From Candidatus Aegiribacteria sp. (GTDB lineage: Bacteria > Fermentibacterota > Fermentibacteria > Fermentibacterales > JCC-6): a stretch of 22,820 bases of DNA. The stretch spans positions 1 through 22,820 of the forward strand of contig JAWOBF010000111.1 in assembly GCA_046498225.1 (NCBI GenBank), written 5' to 3'. The notes under the pieces are model-generated. The model was given only the letters and a program-made list of their open reading frames with translations, made no database searches and was not told the DNA's origin. The position numbers and the translations under genes were made by a program. This document shows, in pieces, positions 1 to 7,158 of the stretch. The number at the start of each line of letters is the position of its first letter. Position 1 is the stretch's first letter.

Positions 1-555
1 TGGCAAATTAAAGTTGCAAAATGGATTTCAAAATACTACAAAGCCCCATTGCAAAAATCCATACAACTGTTTATGCCACCAAAATTTTACAAAAATATTG
101 AACATAAAGATTACAAGCAAAGAAAACTTCAAAAAAAATTTATTTTAACAAAAGAGCAGAAAGTAGCACTCGATATAATAATTCAAAGTGATAATAAATT
201 TGCCCTCATACATGGAATAACAGGTTCCGGCAAAACCGAAATATACCTGCATCTTGTAGAGAAATATATGAATACAAATAAACAAACCATGTTAATAGTT
301 CCGGAAATTTCATTAACGCCTCAAATGGTTGAATACTTTCAGCGAATTTTCGGAAACAAAGTAGCAATATTACATAGCAGACTAACCGAAAAAGAGAAAT
401 CATTAGAATGGTTACGAATATATTTTGAAAATACGCCAATTATTATTGGTCCCAGATCGGCAATTTTTGCACCCGTTAAAAATTTGGGTCTTATAATACT
501 TGATGAAGAACATGAATTTTCATATAAACAGGAACAAAACCCACGCTATAACACC
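1..555 (+). CDS. priA: Primosomal protein N' (PriA) helicase, internal fragment; runs off the window at 5' and is broken at ~555 by the junction
   Basis: Frame 1 is open from base 1: WISKYY..., LTKEQ (motif 0), HGITGSGKTEIY (Walker A), VPEISLTPQ, LHSRL, IGPRSAIFAP, IILDEEHEFSYKQEQNPRY (DExH plus the PriA aromatic loop). The tail FSVTALVICSDIS in the ORF track is read from GC-rich DNA beyond the junction. Confidence 0.95.
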
Positions 556-1535
556 TTCTCGGTGACCGCGTTGGTTATCTGCAGCGACATCTCGTAATCG
601 GCCCTGAGTATCGCGTATTCCAGGCTCAGTTCCGGGTATTCCTGTATGCTCACGGGGGGCATTATCTCTTCGTAGCCAGGTGCCGGCACTCCGGTCTCGA
701 GCATGTTGATAACCTTCAGAAGCTCCTGGGCCCTTCTTTCCTTGAACAGAAGGCTGGCGCTGGGAGCCCCCGATATGCCCTGTCTCATGGCGGATATCTC
801 CGTGATGAGCGTGGCGTACTCCGTCTTGAGCTGCGTCAGGTTGGATATGAAGCTGAGAAGCTCCTCCTCGGGAGCAACCAGGTTATGTTCCTCCTCGAAC
901 CTCCTGATGGCGTCGCCGGCTTCGATAAGCGACTCCTCGGCCATCTCCGCCCTCTGCTCCAGGAACATTCTGGCCTGCTGAAGGCGGCTGGTGCTAATCT
1001 CGCTGTTGATGCTGTCCAGAGAGGCTATTATCGCCTCGGAGACCTCCACCGCGTACATGGGGTTTCCGGCGGTGAACTCTATCTCCAGGAACCCGGTGGG
1101 GGAGATACCCACCCTGTAATTGTCCCGGAACCGCTTCCTGGCCCAGTAAAGGCCGAGCTGAGGGTCCGCTTCGTATACATGGCGGAGATTCGTGGAATCC
1201 AGGTACGCGGTTGACATTATAACGCTTTCCAGCAGGGACCGGCTTCCGAGTATCTCCTCGTACACATCTGAGAGAGTGGTCATGAGGGGCAGGGAGAAAC
1301 CCATGCCGCCGCCGAAATACCCGGCGAACTCCGTAAGCCCCAGGCCGGCTATGGTCAGGCCGGATGTGGACTGCTCCTCCGGCGGCATTATCACCGTCTC
1401 GACGGTGTATTTCTCCTTCATCAGGTATGTGATGATAACAGTGGGAATCATTACCACCAGCAGGGTCTTAATGATGAACCACCTGTTCTTCAGGAGAAGG
1501 AACAGGTACCAGAGAGGCTGCCTTTCGCCGCCCAT
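546..1535 (-). CDS. Polysaccharide chain-length determinant / co-polymerase (Wzz/GumC-like), 3'-truncated
   Basis: N-terminal TM helix (IIKTLLVVMIPTVIITYLM), then KYTVETVIMPP, YEEILGSRSLLESVI and a coiled-coil (ARMFLEQRAEMAEESL). The expected C-terminal TM helix is missing, and the stop lies in the AT-rich flank. Directly downstream of the export gene. Confidence 0.8.
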   Translation of the reverse strand: MGGERQPLWYLFLLLKNRWFIIKTLLVVMIPTVIITYLMKEKYTVETVIMPPEEQSTSGLTIAGLGLTEFAGYFGGGMGFSLPLMTTLSDVYEEILGSRSLLESVIMSTAYLDSTNLRHVYEADPQLGLYWARKRFRDNYRVGISPTGFLEIEFTAGNPMYAVEVSEAIIASLDSINSEISTSRLQQARMFLEQRAEMAEESLIEAGDAIRRFEEEHNLVAPEEELLSFISNLTQLKTEYATLITEISAMRQGISGAPSASLLFKERRAQELLKVINMLETGVPAPGYEEIMPPVSIQEYPELSLEYAILRADYEMSLQITNAVTEKVL

Positions 1536-1536
1536 G

Positions 1537-2757
1537 CTAGAAGATGCTCTTCCAGGCGATGATTATGGAGGCAAGGCTGGTAAGGACCAGAAGCGGGTCC
1601 TCCCATCCCACCAGCATCTTCCTCGGGACGGTTATGGCCGAACCGGCGGGGACGGAGGATATTTCATCGGCCTTCACTTCTTCCCCGTCTGGAAGGACCA
1701 CCCTGGTCCCGGACCGGCGGCTGGCCCGAAGGAAACCCCCGGCCTGCGTTATATAGAAATGGGAATTCATTCCGGCGGTATGAGGATAGATTCCGGGGGC
1801 GTGAACCTCTCCGCTGACGGTTACCACAGGGGGGATGCCCGGGCAGACCACCAGGTCTCCGGGAAGAAGGACAGGATCTATTCCGGGCTCATCCAGAGGC
1901 GCCGGTATCCTCACCTGCGCGCCGCCGTCCCCCCGTCGGAGAATGTAGCAGCTGTCCCTTGTGGCCCAGGATGCCGTTCCTCCCGTCCTCGATATCAGGC
2001 CGGAAACGGTCTCGCCGGGAATGAACTCCGTCATTCCCCTGGCGCTCCTGTTCCAGACAGTGCTTTCCGCTGTTTCCGCGAACCCCGCGGCCACGGACCG
2101 GCTGAACTGGACGGCCCCCTCTATCCACACAAAATCCTCTGCTTCGGGGACATGTACCCTGTCGCCAAGGCTTAGATAGGGGTTGGAAGCCATGGTTCCC
2201 TCGCGCAGAAAATCCGTGATGCTGACCGTTGTTGTGTCACTGCTGGAGTCGATTATCATTATTCGTGTCATGCTGCCTGAGGGAGCTATGCCGCCGGCAT
2301 TGTCCAGGACCTGGACAAGGCCGTCAGCTCCGGTCACCTCGACTATTCCGGGGGTGTTCACATGGCCGGTAACGGGCACCTGGAACTCTCTCATCCTGGC
2401 CAGGCCGGCCATTCCGGACATTCCCGGGTACCGGGATGAGAAGCCCCGCTGAATTATCGAGGTCGCCTCGCCCAGGCTCAGGCCGGAAACCTTCCATGCT
2501 CCTATCCTTGGCAGGACGGCGTAACCGTCGGGTGTCACCTCAATAAGCTGCGGGCCCGACCCGCCCGCGCTGTCGCCGGGAATGCCGCCCTGGACCGAGA
2601 ACCAGAAAACATCTCCCGGCCCCACTATGTAGCGGTTCTCGTCGACTTCCTGCATCAGCGGCCTGGACCGGGGTACTTCGAAGTCCTGCGCCCCTGACAG
2701 CGGGGCCAGGCCCAGTACCAGAACCAGAAGACGGATAATCTGCTTCCCCTTGACCAA
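1537..2757 (-). CDS. Polysaccharide export protein with Poly_export and SLBB domains (Wza/KpsD-like)
   Basis: YIVGPGD, VTPDGYAVLPRIG, VTGHVNTPG, LSLGDRVHVP, VSGEVHAPGIY, YITQAGG motifs; signal peptide; C-terminal helix; TTG start with an AGGAG RBS. Confidence 0.88.
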   Translation of the reverse strand: MVKGKQIIRLLVLVLGLAPLSGAQDFEVPRSRPLMQEVDENRYIVGPGDVFWFSVQGGIPGDSAGGSGPQLIEVTPDGYAVLPRIGAWKVSGLSLGEATSIIQRGFSSRYPGMSGMAGLARMREFQVPVTGHVNTPGIVEVTGADGLVQVLDNAGGIAPSGSMTRIMIIDSSSDTTTVSITDFLREGTMASNPYLSLGDRVHVPEAEDFVWIEGAVQFSRSVAAGFAETAESTVWNRSARGMTEFIPGETVSGLISRTGGTASWATRDSCYILRRGDGGAQVRIPAPLDEPGIDPVLLPGDLVVCPGIPPVVTVSGEVHAPGIYPHTAGMNSHFYITQAGGFLRASRRSGTRVVLPDGEEVKADEISSVPAGSAITVPRKMLVGWEDPLLVLTSLASIIIAWKSIF

Positions 2758-2784
2758 TTGAACTCCTGTTCGTAGAGCGCTCTG

Positions 2785-3726
2785 CTAGAGCAGGCTGGCC
2801 ACCATGAGGGCCTTTATGGTGTGCTTTCTGTTCTCCGCCTCATCCCACACCACCGATGCGGGCCCCTCGATGACATCAACGGTAACCTCGTTGCCCTTCA
2901 CCGCCGGAAGGCAGTGCATGAATACGGTTCCGGGGTCACCGGTCTGTTCCATCATTTCCGCGTCGACCCTGTAGGGAGAGAGAAGCTCCACCCTTTCCTT
3001 CGACTTCTCCTCCTCGCCCATGGACACCCAGACGTCGGTGTATATCACTTCGGCTCCAGGTATGGCGTCCTCCCGGCTGGAGGTCACGCTCAGGGTCGAG
3101 CCCGAATCATAAGCAATCTCCTTTACCGTATCAACCAGCTCGGATTCCGGGTAGAGGGAATCCGGGGCCAGGATGGTGCAGTTGACCCCCATCATGGCGC
3201 ATCCCACCATCAAACTGTTGGCCATGTTGTTCCGGCCGTCGCCGGCGTAGACGAAGTTCAGTCCCGCAAGCTGCCCGAACTGCTCCTCCATGGTCATCAG
3301 GTCCGCCAGCACCTGGGTGGGGTGGAACATGTCCGTGAGGCCGTTGTAGACCGGAACGCCGGAATATTCGTCCAGGGTCTCCACCGTCTTCTGCGAGAAG
3401 CCCCTGAACATTATCGCGTCGAACATCCTGCCCAGCACCCGGGCGGTATCCTCTATGCTCTCCTTCTCTCCCAGCTGAATGTCGGAGCTGGAGAGGAACA
3501 CCGGATGGCCCCCTTCCTCTCCGAAGGCCGTCTCGAACGCGCACCTGGTCCTGGTAGACCTCTTCTCGAAGAGCATGGCCAGGGTCTTGCCCCCGAACCT
3601 CTGCCGCACCTGGAATCCCGTCCGCTCCGCCTTGAGCAGGTGCGAGACATCCAGCAGGTAACGTATCTCGTCCCGGGAAAGGTCCAGGAGCGTGAGCAGA
3701 CTGCGTCCCCTGAAATTCATGGCCAT
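2785..3726 (-). CDS. argF: Ornithine carbamoyltransferase
   Basis: KRSTRTR (carbamoyl-phosphate binding), HPTQ, DVWVSMG, FMHCLP and AENRKH motifs. The start may be 3726 or 3720 (GAGGT RBS). Anabolic (argF) versus catabolic (arcB) role cannot be resolved from the sequence. Confidence 0.95.
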   Translation of the reverse strand: MAMNFRGRSLLTLLDLSRDEIRYLLDVSHLLKAERTGFQVRQRFGGKTLAMLFEKRSTRTRCAFETAFGEEGGHPVFLSSSDIQLGEKESIEDTARVLGRMFDAIMFRGFSQKTVETLDEYSGVPVYNGLTDMFHPTQVLADLMTMEEQFGQLAGLNFVYAGDGRNNMANSLMVGCAMMGVNCTILAPDSLYPESELVDTVKEIAYDSGSTLSVTSSREDAIPGAEVIYTDVWVSMGEEEKSKERVELLSPYRVDAEMMEQTGDPGTVFMHCLPAVKGNEVTVDVIEGPASVVWDEAENRKHTIKALMVASLL

Positions 3727-3810
3727 ACCTCAACCTCTTTCGCTGATGTTCAATTAGAATGAATTCATGACCTTATCGGTGGAATATACAACACCGGGAT
3801 AAAACATAAC

Positions 3811-3837
3811 AAAAAGGGGCACGCCGAAGCGTGCCCC
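3811..3837 (-). terminator. Rho-independent terminator of the OMP gene
   Basis: Minus strand reads GGGGCACGC-TTCG-GCGTGCCCC-TTTTT: a 9-bp stem, a cUUCGg tetraloop and a U-tract, about 20 nt after the stop at 3857. Confidence 0.9.
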
Positions 3838-3856
3838 CTCGGGAGATATAATGTCT

Positions 3857-4459
3857 CTAGAACACGTAGTAGGCGCCTGCCAGTATGTTGGCAGGTGAGT
3901 AGGTCTGCATGCCGCTCCAGTTGTATTCCTGGTCGTTGCCACCGACAGTCTCGTATGTGGTTGTAGCGCTGGCGTAGCGGCCGCCGAACTCGGTGAAGAA
4001 GGCGAGTCTCTCGGCGCCGGGGATGGCAAAGTCGATTCTCATCAGGGGATCGAGGCACCATGCGGAAGTGGAGGGACCGTCTACGCTCACGTTAGCGGCT
4101 GACATTTCGGACGAGGTGCTTCCGTAGAGGAACTGGAGGCCGAAGCTGAAGCTGGTGTTGGCGGGCGCTGCGATAATGTAGTAACCGCCGCCGCCGAACG
4201 TGTACGCGGTTCCGTCATACTCGTAGGTTTCTCCTTCTTCATCGTATTCGAAGCTATCCTTGGCGTAGCCGAGGTAACCTTCGACCCTGATCTGGGGAGA
4301 AGCCATTGTGCCGATGCGGAGCATGTTCATATCCATAGTGGACATGTAATCGTCATCCACGAGTGTGGGAAGCTCCACCTGCTTGAAACCAAGAGAGAAC
4401 TGAGCGAATGCCGTACCAGCGAAGGCAAGAAGGCATATCAGTGTAAGGACCCTTTTCAT
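3857..4459 (-). CDS. Outer-membrane beta-barrel protein (probably a small, 8-strand-like barrel)
   Basis: True start is MKRVLTLICLLAFAGTAFA (signal peptide, GGAGGAG RBS) at 4459. Alternating amphipathic strands and a C-terminal BAM signal (AGAYYVF). Confidence 0.8.
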   Translation of the reverse strand: MKRVLTLICLLAFAGTAFAQFSLGFKQVELPTLVDDDYMSTMDMNMLRIGTMASPQIRVEGYLGYAKDSFEYDEEGETYEYDGTAYTFGGGGYYIIAAPANTSFSFGLQFLYGSTSSEMSAANVSVDGPSTSAWCLDPLMRIDFAIPGAERLAFFTEFGGRYASATTTYETVGGNDQEYNWSGMQTYSPANILAGAYYVF

Positions 4460-4519
4460 TACTCTCCTCCTCGTATTCAAGGATGGCCTATTCCATCCTT
4501 TCAACAGAAACTTAACGGA

Positions 4520-4548
4520 ATCTTAATACATTGAAGAACAGGTGGCAA
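4520..4548 (-). promoter_or_regulatory. Sigma70-type promoter for the OMP gene
   Basis: TTGCCA-N17-TAAGAT on the minus strand, about 60 nt upstream of the ATG at 4459. Confidence 0.6.
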
Positions 4549-4559
4549 GACCTTGCGGG

Positions 4560-4982
4560 TCAATACCGCAGAGCCTCTTCCCACAGCAGCATCAGGGCCA
4601 GGTCGGCCTTTCCCGCGCAGCAGAGTTCATCCGACAGCAGCACCAGCCCCAGGCCCCTTCCCGAAGGCGACAGGGCCATCAGGATGAAGTTCCTGTAGTC
4701 CGGACCTTCTTCCACCAGCCCGTACAGGTCCCATCCATCACCCACTGAGGAGGCCTGCCCCTCCCCCAGGTCGGGGCGGGAACACATCCACCTCGCGGCC
4801 GGAATGGAGCGGATGAAGCCCAGAACGGTCAGGGCGCTGTCCAGACCGGCATCATTCTCGCCGGTGGACGCCAGCTCCCGGCCCGTCCCGAGGTCTACCA
4901 CCGCGGCGGTGAAATCGCCCCCGGGCAACCTGTCTATCGCCGGTATCGAAAGGACCAGGCCCGCCATCAGAAGCTGTAGCAT
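4560..4982 (-). CDS. Small exported protein; miniature beta-lactamase-fold paralog of 5413-6180
   Basis: Probable start MLQLLMAGLVLS at 4982, 11 nt after the upstream stop. Segments GDFTAAVVDLGTG and GWDLYGLVE...GLGLVLLSD...LLWEEAL align by eye with the upstream paralog. Confidence 0.65.
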   Translation of the reverse strand: MLQLLMAGLVLSIPAIDRLPGGDFTAAVVDLGTGRELASTGENDAGLDSALTVLGFIRSIPAARWMCSRPDLGEGQASSVGDGWDLYGLVEEGPDYRNFILMALSPSGRGLGLVLLSDELCCAGKADLALMLLWEEALRY

Positions 4983-4993
4983 GACGGTTGCCC

Positions 4994-5389
4994 TCAGCGG
5001 GGAGAGGAATGGGACACCGTGACGGTTCCCCGGCTGTAATCCGACCTCTGCCTGCTTCCCTCGAATATCATCGCTCTCACGTAATAGGAGTCCTCCGGAA
5101 AGAGGGAGCAGTCCCACAGGTATCCGGAGGATTCTACCGAAAGAGTGTCGCTTATCTGTATCAGGCCGCTGTTCGGGTCCAGGTCCGTGTCCACGAAAAG
5201 GAGTATGCCGGTGTTGGAGTACTCCGGCGCCTCATGAACCCACTGTATCACGTAGCTCTCGTCCGCCACGGCTCCTCCGGCGGGAGGATGGGTCACGGAG
5301 ATGGAGAGGCTGCTGGCGAAGGGGTTGCTGCATGAAAGGACCATCAGCATCGAGAATACGGGGAACAGGGCGATCGTGAGCGTTCTCAT
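4994..5389 (-). CDS. Small lipoprotein with an Ig-like beta-sandwich
   Basis: Lipobox VLSC at residue 20. ISVTHP...YVIQW...YLWDCS..PEDSYYVRA pattern is typical of Ig-like folds. Confidence 0.7.
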   Translation of the reverse strand: MRTLTIALFPVFSMLMVLSCSNPFASSLSISVTHPPAGGAVADESYVIQWVHEAPEYSNTGILLFVDTDLDPNSGLIQISDTLSVESSGYLWDCSLFPEDSYYVRAMIFEGSRQRSDYSRGTVTVSHSSPR

Positions 5390-5412
5390 CCTTCTTCTCT
5401 CTTTAATTTCTT

Positions 5413-6180
5413 CTATTCGCTGAGTTCTTCGTACAGCATCCTGAATCCCCTGTCCACGTCTCCCCGGTCATCCAGGCCGTCGGCCAGGATGACTATTCCC
5501 AGGTCGCTCGCGTCGGGTCTATCCACTATCACGAAAAGATGCTTGCTTCCCTCGGAAACGTCCATCCACCCGTAGACTTCGTTGTCGAAACCCAGGGTTT
5601 CACGAATGTGGTCGGAGAACGGCGGGTTATCGCCTATCTTCCGGACACTGGGCTGGCCCATGTTGCCGTGAACCACCTCGAGGAAGCGGAGCGCGTCAGA
5701 AACGCTTATGAGGTTGGGGTCGTACACCGGGCACCCGGGGTAATCCTGGAACACGCCTTTTATCTCTGTGCCGGTGTACCCGCTTCCCTCGAGCCACTCG
5801 TTTATTCTGCCCTCGCCCATGGTCCAGATGAGAGCCATGCACATGCCGCGGCCTCCCTGCTGCGCGTAGTGAAGCCTCTCCCAGAAGAAAGTGTCCCTCG
5901 CTATCATCCTGTCCAGGGGAATGTCTCCTGCGTTCGACAGCTCCACGCCCAGAGCGGCCAGGGGGAGGTGGGGTATCTCCATCTGGAACCGGTCATTCGC
6001 GTTGTGTGTCTTCTTCTCGCCGGTGTCGAATTCCACCACCCCGAATGCCCAGTCTCCATCGAAAAGCACCGGTATGCCCTGAAAAGCGGCGTCCAGGTCC
6101 CCGGGCAGGGCGGCGCTCAGATTGGCGGCGAGGACAAGGGTCAGAAGAGCAGTCCCCGGCCGAAGGCGGGTTTTTCTCAT
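5413..6180 (-). CDS. Exported class A beta-lactamase-fold protein with all catalytic motifs lost
   Basis: Start MRKTRLRP at 6180 (GGAGG RBS) with a signal peptide. GVVEFDTGE..NANDRFQM, NAGDIPLDRMI, INEWLEGSGYTGTEI and PNLISVSDALRFL parallel the class A scaffold. SxxK, SDN and KTG are absent. Confidence 0.7.
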   Translation of the reverse strand: MRKTRLRPGTALLTLVLAANLSAALPGDLDAAFQGIPVLFDGDWAFGVVEFDTGEKKTHNANDRFQMEIPHLPLAALGVELSNAGDIPLDRMIARDTFFWERLHYAQQGGRGMCMALIWTMGEGRINEWLEGSGYTGTEIKGVFQDYPGCPVYDPNLISVSDALRFLEVVHGNMGQPSVRKIGDNPPFSDHIRETLGFDNEVYGWMDVSEGSKHLFVIVDRPDASDLGIVILADGLDDRGDVDRGFRMLYEELSE

Positions 6181-6203
6181 TGTCGTTCCTCCATAATGAA
6201 AGC

Positions 6204-6225
6204 GGGGGGAGCTGTCGCTCCCCCC
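6204..6225. terminator. Intergenic GC-rich hairpin (leaky terminator or mRNA stabiliser)
   Basis: Minus strand GGGGGGAGC-GACA-GCTCCCCCC (9 bp, GNRA loop), followed only by a weak U-tract (GCTTTC). Confidence 0.6.
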
Positions 6226-6248
6226 TTGTTCCACCTGGCTTGAGCGAA

Positions 6249-7058
6249 TTACTTGTCCGTAAAGACGGTAACTCCATCAAGCATCTGTATCTCGTAGCTG
6301 AAGCTCACCATGGTTCCGTTGTTGGAATCGGGGTCGGGAGCTATCTCGAGGTCGTAGATCTTGGCGTAGAGGCCGTCGTAGAGGTAGCAGAAGACCCTGT
6401 CGTCGGTGGTGTAGAGTTGGTAGTCCTGACCGAACCAGGTTCCACTGGGATACTCGGAACAGTATCCGGCCTGGCTGGGTTCCTGCATGTAGGTCGGGTT
6501 GCCGTTGCCGTAGGTTCCGTAGTTGCCCGAGAGCAGCCATACGTCGCTGTCGCCCTTGCTCAGGTCCCAGGCGTAGATGTCCTGCTCGAAGGTGGTTTCG
6601 CCGGCTAGGCCGGTCTGGCCGCCGCCCTGGGAGGTTCCGAAGATGAATCCACTGTGCTTGTCTTCGGGGCTGTAGTTGTCGTAGATGATGTAGGTGGCCG
6701 TGTCATCCACAGGCATGGTGTTGACTATATTGGAGTTGCCTTCGGAATAGTTGTCGCCGTCGTAGGCCTTGACGGTGTAGTAGTAAGCCCTGTCCGCCGT
6801 GTGAGCGACGGTGTTGGTGGTTACGTCCGCGCCCTCGGTCCAGTTCGTCTCGTCCGTGCTGTAATACACCTTGTATCCGTCGACATCGTCCATGGCATCC
6901 CAGGTAAGGACTATGTCCCTGCCCTCGGACGCGGATTCGTCTATGGCCAGGTTGGTGACGTTCGCCAGGGTGCCCGAAGGTCCGGCGGGGTCGTCCCCTG
7001 CACAGCCGGCCATCAGTACGATACCGGCTACCAGAACCATAAGTCCAAGTTTCTTCAT
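6249..7058 (-). CDS. Lipoprotein with a fibronectin type III domain and a C-terminal beta-rich (possibly HmuY-like) domain
   Basis: Start MKKLGLMVLVAGIVLMAGC (lipobox) at 7058. FN3 pattern VTNL..IVLTWDAM..VDGYKVYYS...YYYTVKAY..NYSEGNSN. Acidic composition. Confidence 0.8.
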   Translation of the reverse strand: MKKLGLMVLVAGIVLMAGCAGDDPAGPSGTLANVTNLAIDESASEGRDIVLTWDAMDDVDGYKVYYSTDETNWTEGADVTTNTVAHTADRAYYYTVKAYDGDNYSEGNSNIVNTMPVDDTATYIIYDNYSPEDKHSGFIFGTSQGGGQTGLAGETTFEQDIYAWDLSKGDSDVWLLSGNYGTYGNGNPTYMQEPSQAGYCSEYPSGTWFGQDYQLYTTDDRVFCYLYDGLYAKIYDLEIAPDPDSNNGTMVSFSYEIQMLDGVTVFTDK

Positions 7059-7112
7059 GGAGCTTCCTTTCTGTTCATGTTTATTTTTTGATGATCCCCT
7101 TGGCACAAGAAC

Positions 7113-7141
7113 ATAATATACTATTACTTCCCTCGTGTCAA
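7113..7141 (-). promoter_or_regulatory. Near-consensus sigma70 promoter for the 7058-4560 operon
   Basis: TTGACA-N17-TATTAT on the minus strand in an AT-rich intergenic gap. Confidence 0.75.
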
Positions 7142-7158
7142 TCAAAGGGAAAATCGGC

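Noticed and set aside
3759..3768. Palindrome ATGAATTCAT upstream of argF as a possible ARG box
   Set aside because: It lacks the spacer between the TGAAT/ATTCA half-sites of a canonical ARG box and is a single short copy.
4983..5117. Upstream extensions given by the ORF track for 4560-5117 (also 3857-4504, 5413-6234, 6249-7169)
   Set aside because: They overlap neighbouring genes, promoters or hairpins; downstream ATGs with signal-like N-termini (and clear RBSs in most cases) fit better.
5413..6180. Calling this an antibiotic-resistance beta-lactamase
   Set aside because: SxxK, SDN and KTG are all absent, so hydrolytic activity is unsupported.
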